Shown piece after piece: positions 36,645-54,211 of a stretch of DNA of 64,000 bases (position 1 is the stretch's first letter; the number at the start of each line of letters is the position of its first letter). Under the pieces are notes generated by a model. That model was not told the origin of the DNA and made no database searches. It saw only the letters and a list, made by a program, of their open reading frames with translations. Both the position numbers and the translations under genes were made by a program. This stretch comes from Eremomyces bilateralis CBS 781.70. Its lineage: Eukaryota. The stretch lies in the NCBI GenBank assembly GCA_010015585.1, contig ML975170.1; one strand, written 5' to 3'.

Positions 36645-39600
36645 GGCAGTTGTCCCCCGCAACCTATTCCTAGGGAACTCCAAGAGAGGACACGAGGAAA
36701 GCCGGCTGTTGCACGGAACAGACTCGCGTCATGTCTATCGGATGGCGAACGCTGTTCCCTTAGTACATGAAAACGCTTGGGGCCGTTCTCGAGTATCGAA
36801 TGTCGGTGGATCCTTGGAATGGCGTTTCATCTGAGGAAGATAAGTCCTCCACTGAAATGGTAGTCGGAGTGCTTCATCCACTCACCCAAGATGCCAACAT
36901 GGGGTCAGATATAATCGATGTTCGGTGACTGACCCAGTCGCGGTTAGACTGGAATATGTAGACGACAAGAGACGTTGCTATTGATGACGGCAGACCAATC
37001 TATTGCAGACAATTTGACTTCCACAGTAAGACAGGTAGTATCAAGATGAAGACGTCTCCTCGCAGATACACTGACTGAAGTGTAGGAAACGGAGAATACC
37101 GTGGCGCCCTCGCGATATCGACAGAGGGAGTGGGATCGGTTTATAAGGCCTTCCAGCAAGGAGCGAGGCGTAAAGGAAGTTCTAGGGTAGGGGCTAGGAA
37201 TCAAGCCTCACAGGAGGTTCCTTGAAGGGAGCGACAGGCTGACACCACCCTCGAGATGCAGGCTATGATTCGGCTGTGGCAAGTGCTCGCGCTACCGTAT
37301 ATGGCCGCAGTTAGTAGTCAGAAGTCCGAAGTCACGGTTGGAGGCTCTCGGAGAAGGGTTTAGGTTAATAATAAACCATCCGATGGGACCGTGGCTGGGT
37401 GGAGGGGAAATCGGCGAGTGGGGCGATCCCCTGGTACATCTGCATGGGATAGTTATTGGGAGTGGAATAGAGACGGAGGTGGAAATGGGCAAGATGATAG
37501 AAATTGGCGTAGGACAAGCATCTACTAAGCGAGTCGCATGGACGATGAAGTATAAGGCATGAAATGAACGTGGCACTCCAGTGGCACTCCAGTCAGTTTT
37601 AGTCTTTACGGAGGGTAACAAGAACAAGCCCAACCGTTCCAGCACAGCAGATTTCACGGTGGGATCAGTGTTCACTGCGGGTCACTGTTCAGCATCCAAG
37701 TGGAGAGAATGAGGTTAATGCCAAGTTTTCTTCCGGCTGTCCCGCAAAACTGGAAAGAACGTTTCTGCAGACTGTCGGCTTGGACTGGCTCCTTCCATGT
37801 GTCTGGTATGTAACTGCCGTATCAGAATGGTCGGCATGGTCGGTAATACAGAGTCCGTCCATATCCATATCCACCTCACCCAGTAGTCAGTCCAGTCTCC
37901 ACGGTATCCATCAAATGGATTACATTGTGTACAGTAATCTTCCGGACGGGAATCTCAAATTCTGTACAGGTGTTAAGGGTAAAGGGATCGAGGTAGATCT
38001 ATATATACCATCCCCATGTAATACGACATCATCGTCCCATATATTATATACCAATCACCAGCAAAATCGGTAGAAACGACATATCGTCCTTCAGCAGGCC
38101 TCCATCCGCACTCTCCGCACAACCACACCAGACTTTGGGGGTTGTTCGTTAGGCGTTGGCAGTTGGGGAGATTGGCCGTCCGACAAACAATAAATGCGCA
38201 TGGACCGCTGCGGCTCTCCCAGAACACGAAAGGGCAGACACTTCATTTCTTCTACCGTGCCACAAATAGTAGTTCTTCGTTGCGCTAGTGAGAAGCCGAG
38301 GACATGGGGATCACAGGAATGACGACACCGCCCAGCCTGTTCCCAGTTCCCCCTCTCCACAGCTCCTCTAGCACCGCTGCACCGAGCCTCCGGGCACTGG
38401 ATGATCACAGTCCACTATTCGTTCAAGCCTTCGCAGTGCGAAGTTTCAAGGGCCCAGCATCGCGATGAGATTCGCACCCTAACTTATCTGGCAATCCGCA
38501 TTCTGGCGCCTCGAACCCGCTTCCCAGGGCTGAATGGTGGACGAGTGGGCCGCGATGAGCAATAGAAACGCGAGGATCCGATATTCTTAACGCCCCGAAG
38601 CCTTTCGAGCGCTTCTTTTCCAATCACCGGCCGCCCGTCCCCAGTAATCCGGAACGGTGGAGGACGGTCGTGCATGGGATAGTTTGTAGGACACAATAAT
38701 AAGGTGATGTGAAGGGCCAGGGTCTCGCAGCGTGCTCCTCCCCCGTCTGTTTGGTGGCTGCAGTAGTCGGGGCGGCGTGCAGATGCTGGCCGTGTGCCAT
38801 GCGGTGCCAAACCTCCGCGGAGCCAATGCTGTGAAGGAGGGAGAGTAATCCGCAACAGGAGCACGAGGGAAACGGGCTGCGTTGCTTTCGATACCGCACG
38901 GTCGGCCAATGGAGATTTGATGGTCATTTTAATCGACGGTCAAATGTCAATACTCAATGCGCTCGATAGTGCACTATGCGCCACGGCGCAGAAAGCCATT
39001 CATGCTCCACCGTCTGCAATCTTATATTACCCGTGCCCCACTGGCGATATCTGACGAGGTTGCGATCTGTGTCTGATACCAGGAAGCACGGGACGGCGCT
39101 GGACGCCGATCGCTCGCGTGCTAATCTAAGAATCAAAAGTCGTTGATCTTCGAAATTGATTGCTGGGCCATGTTGGTACTTCAGGTGTCTTTGGGTAAGC
39201 CACTGCCCGCTGGTCAGACTATAGAGCCCTGGAGATAAACACTTGAATCCTGAGAAATCCCCAGTCGCATCTCACTCCCAAGCACCCAAGGGATTCGGCT
39301 TGAAGGTTGAACATGTTGGAATTTATACCGGACGATCCATATCAAATTATCAATCCAAACGTATGTGCACTGTGCAGCGGGTGCTTGTCATTCCTAATTA
39401 TTGCCCAGTTAAGTCTTTAAGTAGTTCTTGGCAATTCCCAAGTACGCGCGTCGCTCCAAAATTCCGTTAAAAACAAATTAGCCTCGCTTACTAGTGAGTA
39501 GTCAGTTACCTACCACTTCCCATCGACCATTTCCCACTAAACCCAAAAGCCACCCCAGCTACAAACCGAGTTAGTCCCCTCCTTCTCCCAGGTGCCCCCT

Positions 39601-42027
39601 CCCAAGTTCCACCCACCGCTGTCAAGCCGCCAACGCTCCTGTGGACGTCGACCGCCCACCGCCCGCCGCACAACGGCTGAATCCAGTCGGCGGAACGGCC
39701 ACGAGGTGGGACGACAGCGCAGAGCGTAGCGACCCCGATACCAGGCAGAGGGAGAATCGGGGAAGGATCGGCGGATTGAGGGCGTGCCAGGATCCCGTTC
39801 GGGGAGCGTGCTGGGGAATCACTGGTGGCATCGATCTGGAAGCTTGAATCTGTGGGTGGAACGATGTTAATGATGAGTTTTCATAAGGGCTGGAGGGCGG
39901 GAGTGGCGTGATTTTTTTGGGAAGGGCAGTTATACCTTTGCGGTCGGCCTCCAGATCCAGTGGAACCGTGGCTGCTTGAGGAACTAGCATCTCCGGATCT
40001 GATATAAGTGATGGGATGGGATGGGATAACACGGCGCCTTGTTACACTTCTTACATAGTAAGCCCTGGATTGGAATTTATAGGTAACTCTTAGAGGGGGT
40101 GGTTTCGGAATGATAATCAATCACGCTGAGTCTATACTCCACTGAATCCATCATCGCATATCTAACCTGTCCCTGTCAAGTGTCATGGCTTTCTGGTGCT
40201 CATGAGTGAACCACCCGCCCCTTCAGTATATTGATTAACATACGTAACTTAGAGGGAGCGGCCGAATTTTCCGAAAGAGCATCAGCAGAACTGCCCCACC
40301 AAACAGATTTGACAACGGATAGACTACTAGCTCTTGACATCGAACGGGAAGGAGAATCAATTCGATATCTATCTGTATCCTAGCATACCATCTTCAAATC
40401 TGCAACACCCTGAAGTACTGAAGAGCCGCATTCGACCATCCACCGATCCCTTTGGAACCGAACCGGCACAGTTGTCCGCTGGCGTCATTCCACCGTTTCT
40501 TGTGCTTAACCTGGCTCAGGGTGCATGTATCATTTTCGCGAAACAGACCCGGCCAAGATCTGAGGAATTCGATATTCCAAGGCCCAGACCATACAATCCA
40601 AAAAAGGGCGGGTCTTGCTTGCCGAGAATAAATAGACTTCGGAAGCAACCGAAGCAACTAGGGATACACTTGGACTCTCCGTTCAGATTCCTCCATGGCT
40701 TCATCACGTTCGAGTTGATTTGTTGTGAAGGATACACCTGATGTACAGAACGATGGCAAAACGACTCGAATTTTTTTTAAAGACTGTACAAGGAACTCCA
40801 TCGAGCTCCATCGAGGAGACTTAATAGAGACAGTGGCGCCGAACAATGGGAGAACGACATAGACGAATAAGGGAGGCGTGGACGCAAGAGGACGGAGTAT
40901 ATTTGAGAGCGCCAACATCAGCACCTCACGAAGCGTCCTTGCTGGTAGATTCTGAGTCACTTAGGGGCCTCTAAGGCATACCCCATCCAGGGAATCCAGC
41001 GCTGAATAATTGTATACCTACGTCATCAGATACCTATTCGTCAACTCGAGCGTGCAGTATTGGCGGAGAAACCAACTGTAGCTTGCCCAGGTAGGTGGTA
41101 TGTGCCGAGAAAGAACAGCAAGGCGAGATTTGATGAGAATGATAACGAAACCGACGTCTAGCAAGCGAAGGTCGTACAGACAGCCAACATCAAGCGATCT
41201 ATGGGTGTCGCGTTCCTCTCTCTCGAGGACGGAGGAGGGATTGCAGTTTGCAGAGAGAGCGGAGGTGTACCATGTACATCGTACGCAGGAAACCATTTCC
41301 CAGAACGGGAATGCGAGTCAACCTATCAGAGCCCTCGCGTTCGGATCACATAACCCATTCCGATCTGGGTGCCTGAAGTCAGCAAGATGGATGCCTGGAC
41401 TCGGCATCATGCATGTGCAGTGCTTGTGCTGATACGCGTCCATGTGAAGGTTGAATTGCATACGATGGTCCTTGACGGAAGCCGATTGGGGGTTGACGAT
41501 GGGAGTATCTGGTCTGATTTAGATAGAGGTGAATGGTGACTGGATTTACTACTAGGTAGATCAATAATAATTGAAAGACGTCTTGAGTAGACAAGAGATA
41601 TGTAGACAATGATCGGTGAAGCTGCGTTCCCCCTGTTCTGACTCTCTCCCCTTACAGCCAAATCTGGTGAGCAAAAGGTGATCGGGAGGCTCTCGTCGGT
41701 TCATCCAAGGTCAATCTGCAGTTTCAGACACGGTGACATCTGATTCCGACCATTCATAATTCTGTTTCAGTTTCCCCTCTCCTCCTGAGCATTCTCACAC
41801 TCTGCTGAATCAACTCCCGACTCGACGTGCCAATTCCGCGCACCGCTTTGTCCACGACCCACCTTTCCCCATCCTCCCTCTCCCTCACGCATCCAGAACC
41901 CGCCGTGTTTTTTTTACCGACCTCCACCCATTTCCATCCCCATACGTACCTCCAATCCTCGAATCATCCACCCCCCAACCCAACCAACCCACATCCTTTA
42001 CGTCTACCAGCCCGATATACCCTCAAA

Positions 42028-42614
42028 ATGGCGGAAGAGAAATCCTTCACCTACAGCGACGTCGCCGAACACGCCGCCAAGAAAGACCTGCACGTCGTTA
42101 TCCACGACCTGGTCTATAACATTACCAGCTTCGTCGATGAGCATCCGTAAGCCCCCATTCCCCTCCACCCATCACTACGATCCCCATATCACAACTAGCC
42201 AGATCGCCGGATAGCTAACTCCATCTCCTCCCAGCGGCGGCGAAGAAGTCCTCCTCGATGTCGGTGGCATGGACGCCACCGAAGCCTTCGAAGACGTCGG
42301 CCACTCCGACGAAGCGCGGGAGATCCTCGATGGCCTGCTGGTCGGGAAGTTAAAACGCCAGGTAAGCCCTCCATACCCTCCTTCCTCTATCTACCCGTTC
42401 ATCCCACTCCCCCATCGAGGTCGACGATCGCTAACCCGCACCCCAACAGCCCGGCGACCCCAAACCCAAAGTCGCCAACCCCGCCGGCGTCTCCACCCCT
42501 GGCGCCGCCGCGCAATCCGCCTCGAGCGGAACGAGCATGATCTTCTTCCTGCTGTTCTCCGGCCTAGTGGCCATGGGCGTGTATTTCTATTTGGGTCTGG
42601 AGAATCAGGGGTAG
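42028..42614 (+). CDS. CYB5: Cytochrome b5 (tail-anchored; 3 exons)
   Basis: [41 protein letters not shown], then a C-terminal [21 protein letters not shown]; stop at 42612-42614. Confidence 0.95.
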
Positions 42615-42991
42615 TAGCGGAGGTGCGATTTGGAAGGAAAGGGGAGAGTGAGGGTTGATTGTGAGGTTTGGGGGGTGGGTGGATTGCATAGTTATATTTG
42701 ACGGGAGAGATTTTGGCGCAGGTGGAAGGTGGTTATAGGTATCTATGGATCACGCGGCTGGCAGCTGGCTCTTCTAATCCCAATGGTCAAGCGTGGATTA
42801 ATTACTTGGAACGCGTGTCAAATTATCCGGTACATTTCGATGCGTCCCTTGCTCGCTATGATTCCACATCGACAGAAACCCAACCGCGTTCATCGAACCG
42901 ATTCGTTTCATTCTCCAAGCACTAACGCGCCAATCCTCCCCTCCCTTCATAGACGCTCGCCTCATTCCACCACACCAAATCCAACCCCCAT

Positions 42992-45249
42992 CTACCGATA
43001 AAACCCTTCTGCATCCCCACCAGCCGTTCCCGCCTGAGGAGTAGCTTGCTGCGGCCGATATGCCTGATATGTAGCGCCCGGCGCGGACGGCGCGGACGGC
43101 GCACCCGGCGGTCGCCCCCCGAGTGCGGGATATGCACCTTGCGCGGGAGGGGAGTCGGGGGGAGCTTGCCCCGGGGGATATTCTTGGGCGTAGGGGTCTT
43201 GGGCGGGCGGTTGGGATGGGCGGGTGGGGTAGGGGGTCGAGCCGTAGAGGTCGTCTTGAGACGGGGGGTTGAGCGGGTATGTGGGAGATTGGGGGTCGTA
43301 GGAGGGGGGGTGTTGGGCGAGGGGGTTGGGGGGTGCTTGGCTTTGTGGGGGTTGGCTGGGCGCGGGCCGATCGGGAGGGTAGCCGTACTGCGAGGGGGCG
43401 GAGGGTTGCGATGGTGGGGGTGCGGAGGGGGGGTATGCGTCGTATCCGGCGGCGTAGGGGTCGTGTGATGGCGGCTGGCCTTGGGAAGGGCCCGTCGGAT
43501 GGAAATTCTGACGTCCGTCGCTGGGGCTGTCGAAGGGGCTGGACGCAAGCTCTTGCGGGATGCCGACGGGGTTGGCTGCAGGCTGCGCTTGGCCATACGG
43601 GGCGGATGGCTGGCTCGTGCTGGGTGGGAAGGCGCTTGGAGGACGAGCAGCGGCGTTGACGCGGCCTGGCGGAGGACCGTAGGGTTCTGCTGGGGTGGGT
43701 GTGGGACTCATCTGGTCAGGTCCCGATTGACTGGGCGGAACCCCGTAGAAAGGCGCACTATCGGTCTGTGGCGGTTGGTAGCCAGGCTGTGGCTCCGGAG
43801 CCCCTTGAGGCCCGGGAGAAAAGTATCGCTGCGGACCGGTTTCTGGTTGTTGCGGATGGCCGTGTGGAGGACCTTGTGGAGGACCCTGTGGGGGACCCTG
43901 TGGAGGAAAGCTTGCTCCAGGACGACCGTATCCAGGTTGTTGGGGTGGTGCGTAAGAGTACGGGGGTCGGCCGTATGTGGGCGGAGGGGGTTGTGACATG
44001 GAAGCTTCGAGGAGAGTTTCATAATCTCGTCGGGCTTTGATAAACTTCTCGTTCAGTTGAGTAAAATCATCTGATATACGGTTAGCATATAACTTGCAAG
44101 ACCCTTCCATGGTACCGTACCCTTCTTCTGCGAGTATTTGCCAATAAGCTCGATCAATTTCGGTCGGATCGCCAACGTCGAATGGTATAATTTCTGCTCC
44201 GGTCAGCCCAATTCCGTCACTCAACAAGCTCCCAACTCACCGTAATCTCCTCGTTATCCCTCACATCCCCCTCGCTCGCCCGCGAACTCGTACTCAACAA
44301 CGCCAACAACTTCTCCACGTTCCGGATCTCCGCGAACACCTCCGCCTCCATGTGCGCCTCCCGCTCCAGCTCCTCGCGCGTGGGGTCCTGCAGCTTCTCC
44401 ACGTAGTTCAACGGGAAGATCCCCGTCTGCCCGCGTAGGCTACCCTTCCACCAGTCCTTGTACACCGACTCCAGCACTGCGATGACGTCGCCCTTGCGGA
44501 ATTGGAGCTCGCCGGGTTCCGAGGGCTGGAAGTCGTAAAGGGCACGGACGCGGGAGACGGTGGCGGCCGTGGTGCCGGGGGGAAGCGCGGTGCCGGGTTG
44601 CTGCGTAGGTTGATCGGCCGGCTCCTGCTGTTGGGTGGGTTGCTGTTGGGCGGGCGCCTCGGGGCCTTTATCTTTGATCGAGAGTGCCAACGCCATTTGC
44701 AGTTCCTCGTCCTCTCTTCTGCGATCGGTGTCGGTGATCTGGGCCTTCTGCGGCTTCGACGGCGGATCAAGGTTCGGATCTGTCATTCATCAGCCACGGT
44801 TCGACCGAACCCAGACATGCGGGCGTACTCTGGCTCTTCAGCTTCATATATGCCTGCTCCATAATCCCCAAATCCCGATCCTTCGCAAACATCTCCGTCC
44901 ACTCCGCCATCCGCTCCAAAATCCTCCCTTTCACCTGCTGATGCGTATTCCGATCCGCCGCCAGTCTCAACAACGCATCCGTGAAGCTCCGCGATGCCAG
45001 CTCCCGATACACCTTCGCACCACAGTTCTGCGCCAGCGCGTTGGCGAGCTCCAAGGTATAGAGCTGCACGTTGGCGTTGCGGTGCGCCAGGCGCTTGATC
45101 ATGGCGCCGACGGCGTCCTTCGCCCCGCTGTCGTCCGCTTCCACCTTGTCGCAGACGTTGAGGATCAGTTCCCAGTTCTCGCTTGTGAGGTTCTCGTCGG
45201 TGGCCTTGACGACCACGTCGTCGAACGCGTTTGGCTGCGCCCGGAACAT
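42992..45249 (-). CDS. HSE1: ESCRT-0 subunit Hse1/STAM (VHS-UIM-SH3-GAT, Pro-rich tail)
   Basis: KATDENLTSENWELILNVCD (VHS), REDEELQMALALS (UIM), VRALYDF...DWWKG...GIFPLNYV (SH3) and a Pro/Gln-rich C-terminus. Confidence 0.95.
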
Positions 45250-46615
45250 GGTGGCGATGGGGTGGCCGGGACGGTCGTGATACGGTCTTGATGGGGGAGC
45301 AAATTTGAGGGTGGGAACTCGTTGGGTGGTTCAAGTTAGGTAGCGGAGTCTGCCTTCCGCGATCCCAAGCCGGTGATAACGTCTGGTTGAGGTGGCGATG
45401 CCTGGAACGGGCTATAAAGACGCTCAGCAAGACGGGCACTGCTAGTGGTTAGAGGACAATGGCAGGCACCAACGTTTGCGGCGAGGTGAGTGACGGCAGG
45501 TAATAAACCGAAGTGCAGTGGAGTAGAGTAAGGTAAGGTAGGTATCGTGATTAAAGTGTAAAGCGCAGGCAAATCAGCATATTAAGAGTGATGCGTGCAC
45601 ATGATTCGAGGTTGGCATGGAGTTGGAAGGAGCATTGGGCTGGCGCTCCTGCTCTGGCTGCTCGTGCTGCAGTGCGTGGACTGTGGGGCGGGGCGGGGGG
45701 GTTGCTGTGGCGCAGGGAACACTCTAGGAAGGGGCTCCTGGCGACCTCACCGATCTTGTAGTTGGAATTTGGACATCACAGCATAGCGTAAGGCGAACCA
45801 CTCGGTCTCCGCTTGACACGCGTTCTTCATTTCCTTACCACGTATACGGCGGTGTAGTGCACTCATTGTGTAATGCGTATACGCCATTGATCATCCATAC
45901 AGTATCAACGCTAGCAACTGAAGTCTCATATGTGCACCTTCATAGCATGTCGATTCTGACGCGACAGAGTTGGTACATGTCTGGAACTGACACATCGCAA
46001 GCCTGAAGTGACGTGTGTCACAGCTTTATAAGACAGCCGAGTTTCATGGATTCTATACCGTTGCCGTCGACATTCCGTCGACATACATACATGCGTTTCC
46101 CCATCCCCATACCGATCCATTCCCCATTTCCATCACCCACCCGCCCTCCATCCACAGGCGGTGCCCCCCCCTTCATGAAAAGTCGTGTAAAGCCATGCCA
46201 TGTCTGTCCAGTTTCGCATCGTAGTAATCTTCCGTTGACGAAAGGTGCTACACGTGCGTAGGGGCCGAGAACGGTTCCAAAAGAAATTTTCCATGTGCTG
46301 TGCATTCATCCATCCATTTCGATCCCACCTAGCCTCCTCTCTCCTCTGGGGCACATCGGGGGGAAACCAAATCTGCCGAGCTAGCCGCCTTTTGAAATCT
46401 CCCGTCGTGTATTTGTAATGCGTTTTTGTTTTTGGGTGGGAGTTTGCGGTCGTTGGGGATAGAACAGCCGGTGCACGGCGCGCGAAGGTGGCCGCCGTGA
46501 GAAGGAACATGAAGTGATCCGGACGAAGATGCCGGATCGCGCGCTCATTCGTAATTTTTTAAAACGTGAGGTCGAGAGACGCTTGGCTCCTGGTAGTGAA
46601 CGCTTAACGAAGCGC

Positions 46616-49503
<2,888 letters not shown>

Positions 49504-52500
49504 TTGGTGGAGGTGGAGAGGGATGGTTAAGGGAGTCGAGAAGAGAGGGACAGTCGGGAGGGAGAGAGCGAGGGAGAGGGTCTATCTGGTCACTGGTGTG
49601 GCAGCAGAGCAAGGAGCGAGTGGAGGGAGTGGATGGAGTGAGTGGAGTGCAGGACAGGAGATTGATTGCAACTTGCAAGTGAAAGAACCGCAACAACAGG
49701 CTGGGAACTAACTAAACGTGAAAGAAGCAAGGCGACGGGCAACTTGAAACTTGACTGGATTGTTGGCGTATGGATTGGATTGGATTGGACGGGAAAGGAT
49801 CAAGTCTCCAGGTCTCCAGGTGTCAAGGGCGGGTGTGCTGCTGTGCTGCTAATGAGGTGTTTGGTGGGCGGTAGGCGGTGGGTGGTGCGGGAGTCTTTCT
49901 CAGAGTGAGTCTCTTCTGCTGCAAACTGAACCGTGAACTCAGAACTGGGATATGAGGCAATGAGGCTGTAAGGCACACAGTCACACAGTCACACACCACT
50001 GGATTTGCATGTGCTGTGAATTGTGATAGACCAACCCAGACTTACCCAGTCCTGTCTTCTGACGCTTCAACAACAACACCACGCCGTCGTCGAAGATTCT
50101 TCAAAACAAGATTCTCCAAAATAATAGTAATTCCGGACTGCGGAGATCGAATTACCAAGGAACAACTAATATGACCATGCCCTTGAAGTATATGATCGAC
50201 CAAGGATTAATGAATAAATACCCACAGTACTTGCAGAAACCTCCTTTTCTAACGGGGCCCAACCTAGGGCATCAATGACGGACGAATTGATCTATCACAG
50301 GCTGACACTGGTATCCCCATCCCCCAACAAAGCCACTTCCCCCCCCCCCTTCTCGGACACTCGGTGCCCATCATACGTCGGGCATTGGCATTGGCTGGAT
50401 TCGAAAGTATCACATCTTGCTGGCACTGGGAAGCATGGCACGCCCTCATCCGACCCCGCTGATCCCACTCCAACCAGCAAGATACCAGATGTGTGACGAC
50501 TGACGAGATACTACATATGGCACGTTTGGAAGTTGGCAGTGAACTGGCGACAACCACGTACTTCCATCTACTATGTAAGGTATCATTACTTATTATTAGT
50601 ATTTAGTATGTATGTAGGTACAAATAAGTACCTACATACTCACCCCTACACTTCCCGGCGCCTCCTGTAACCCTCGCCCTTTCCTTCGTCGCTTCGTTCA
50701 TCCTTGCCGTCTCTCCCTCCTGGAGGTTGGACGCCGTCTCCAAGTCGACCAAGGGACGTCTGACATAATTTCTTATTTCATGCCAGCCTTGCCAGGTAGT
50801 CGAAATTTGAAGTACGTTGAGGTGGAGTCACATGCCGGGCCTGGGTGCCAACGGCCAGCGGCTTCGGACCGCCAGCCTCTCCATGTCTGCTTTCCGTCAG
50901 GCGTCACTCCACCAAGTGGCCCTGGTCAGAGGGCGCTCCTTGCGATTCCGCGAAAACTCAAACGTCAAACATGTTTATTTCGTGGATGGGGGGAATGGGC
51001 GTCCGCTTAAGGCCTTGGGCAGATTGCACGTTGGCAGTTGGCAACCATCTCGCCGAACCACCGTTGTCAGCTTGAAACATGCAAACATATCCGATCTTGT
51101 CCTGATCATGACCACACCCCGACCACCTCAAACCGGTCGGACCCGTCAAAAAGTCAAAGAAAGTTAAGCAACAAAACGTCTAAGACTCTTTTCAACCCTG
51201 AACCTGAACAGACCCTCGACCCATCTCATCGTGTCCCTTGCAAATTACCTCTCATAAGGCCACCCCTCCTCGCCTCCCATTGGCGCCATCTGATATTCCC
51301 GCCCCGCCCCTTCCAGGGGCCATCCCGTCCGGCCCATCTCGCTTCTCGCGTGGGAAAACCTTCTGGAACAGCCGATCCACGTCCCTTTGAATCCCGATCG
51401 GAAGAAACCAGACGGTTGATTTGATTCAATATCGATCTGATATCGATCTTCCGTTGGAGTGCCGACGCGCGGTAGAGTAGAGTGTCAAATGCGCCAATGG
51501 CCGGACGCCGTCCCTACGGCTTTTCGCGATGCCGTTACGGAGTATTGCGGATCTAGTCATTTCGTGTCGTGCAACGATAGACACTCAAAGACCACGCGCC
51601 ACCATCTGTCGCTTCGCATGTCGTGATCCCCCTTTCACACCTAGCTCCGCGCTTCCCACGGTGGGCGACCCACGCGTTTCATCCGCTCGCCGCCGTGCGA
51701 CCGTCTGCGGACTCGGCGTGCAACGGTCGTGGAGAAGGGCGCCCAGGCACCGAGGCTGGGGTGTCACAAAGGCATTGAAATCTTGGAGATGGACACGGCA
51801 GGTGGATGGACTGTGGTGGCATCGGTGGGCGGCGTCGTCTGACGTGGGAGAGGTTTCAACTTCTGTTTGCGGGGACGGATCGGTTGCATTTTGTATAGCG
51901 ACTGGAAACCACGGGATCGTAGTTCGAGGTCGGACGAAATCTTGTCCTTCGCGGGTGGTGGCTTGAGATCGCGTTAAAGGGCCCCGAAGTCCTCGATGAG
52001 ATTGTTCGTTGGATCACTAAGGTGTTGCGTCCCTTGGTACGAATCGCGTCGTGTGGATGTGGTTCGGGACGGCTCCAGCAACCAGGCACGGCGAACTTGC
52101 TGGTTTCCAGTAGTGAGGAACCTGCATTTCTGGTCGTAGTATTAATGATTAATGACACCAAGGACGGTTAGTATTGCGAAATCGAAGTACGAGTCGAGGG
52201 AATCCACCGCGCGCGTGTTCGACTTGCAAACCGTCGTTTGTCCTTTCCTGTCTCCTCGATGTTGCGCGTTTCGAATGCGTGTTGGTACCCTATGACAGGT
52301 CATCGGGGGACCGACTTCGAATTCCTCAGCGAGCATTTGGCTTCAAATTGCAGTTCTTCAAGCATCGGTGTTTTGTCTGCCGCAAGGGACACAGCCGAAG
52401 TGGTTCGTTGCAGCTGGAACCGAACAACGGATACAGAATACGAAGGAACTGGGATGATTTGCTATCATTTTTATTGCTTTCTTATTCGTGTTGACTGGAC

Positions 52501-54211
52501 CTGCGGCAACACGACCATCGGATAGATATATCTGCATGGTGTCGCTTCAAGACACGGTAAAATAGCGCATCGGTCGTCTTTCATCCAAATCGACAGTATA
52601 CTTGATATTCCGACCGATTTAGAGAGCACTAGGATCCACAGTCCGCCGTTCATGGTATACAGCACCATCTCAATTCTTGTGTTTTTGAGCATGAGTTATG
52701 AGCCGGAAAGCACCAGCGTGTCTAAACATGAGGATACCTGTGCTTCTGCAAATCCCAAACCAGAAGCGCTCTTTAACTCTTGTACCGAATAGCGTGTACA
52801 TGTACACGTAGATATGCTGCAATTGTCCTCGCGGTGCCGGTTGTGGCGTAACTATAGGATTGAGTGCAGTTTGACACTTCTCCCAGTCGATCGGTACAAG
52901 GTGTACTTGAAGTTGTACACACGGCTTGTGAGACTGTCCGAACAGGGCGACCAGATTCTCGAACGGAAAGGGAGGTCGAATTCGAGCGAAAGCCGACCCC
53001 CTGTTCTCCTCTCGAGGCTGGATGGCTAGTCCTTATGGTCATCAAGTTTTGCAAGACTTGTTGCAAAGCATCCGGATCATGAGACTGTTTGCCGGCGCTG
53101 TATGGGCATTACTCGTCGAAACTTCCATCAGGTCAATTGGTGTTCTGTGTCCCGTATCTCGTTGCTCCGTCATGATGGACGGCGTTCCATCCTCGCTAGA
53201 CGAAGGATTGATATGTCTGGCGATGTCGTAGTTCAACCATTAGCGGAGGATGGTGGTCTCGCCGAAGCAAAGGGCATCGTTCGAGGAAGGCGGTGGTCGA
53301 ATATGGTTCATCTACCTTGCATTCGAGCATGACCTGACACTGGATTTTACCTCTCTTTAAGCTCGAAATGCCCGGACAACTTTAGATGGGAAAGGATATA
53401 GATAGGGAGGAGAGTGCTCGGAATGAAATACATGGACCCACCTTGCATGTCACAGATTTAATCCCCTCTGGCAGTATCTTAGAATAGAGCTGCCGATTAC
53501 AATATTAATATTAACAATGTCGGTTGTCTACGCGTTCTATCCCCCTCGCGTTGGCGTTGGCATGCAATCGTCCCAGCGAAGATCAGGGGTGATCTCGCAA
53601 CAAAGGCTTCATTGAGGAACGCACGGCATGCCGTTCAAAGGGTTTACTTAAATCTCCAAAACAAAAAAACCCGAAACGATGCAGATCATGGCTGTGCTAA
53701 GAATAAGTTCACGCCTTCACGGATCAAAGTGCAGTGTGAAGCGTGAACTGGGGGCGAAGTTCGGAATCCACATGGATGTGACGCGTACCCAGCCTCGCAG
53801 GTCACAGCCTTCAAGGCAGTTTGACTGTTTGAGCGTCGAGACGATGTTCAACCTACCCGGTTAATGGCCGGCACCAACTGATATTAGAGCTGCGTCGACA
53901 GTTGACATCACTTGTGATTCGTGGTTTGATGGAGTAAATAATGTGGACAAGACGACTGACGTACATCAGCGGATCAGCCACTGCACATGCCGCGCTCCAC
54001 AGACCCTTGTGCTCCTTTTATATTCCATAATACTGCATTCAGCATTGACGTCCTTTATCCTTAAGCATACTTAAACCATCCGTACAGCCTTGTACCATAT
54101 TAAAGCGACTCTTTCTGTCTTCAAGCTACCTTGATTTCTTTCCAACCATCTCCACACACTTTCGCTTCAAGTCATGCAACTTCCTGTTAGCTAGCATGCC
54201 CGTTTGCCACC

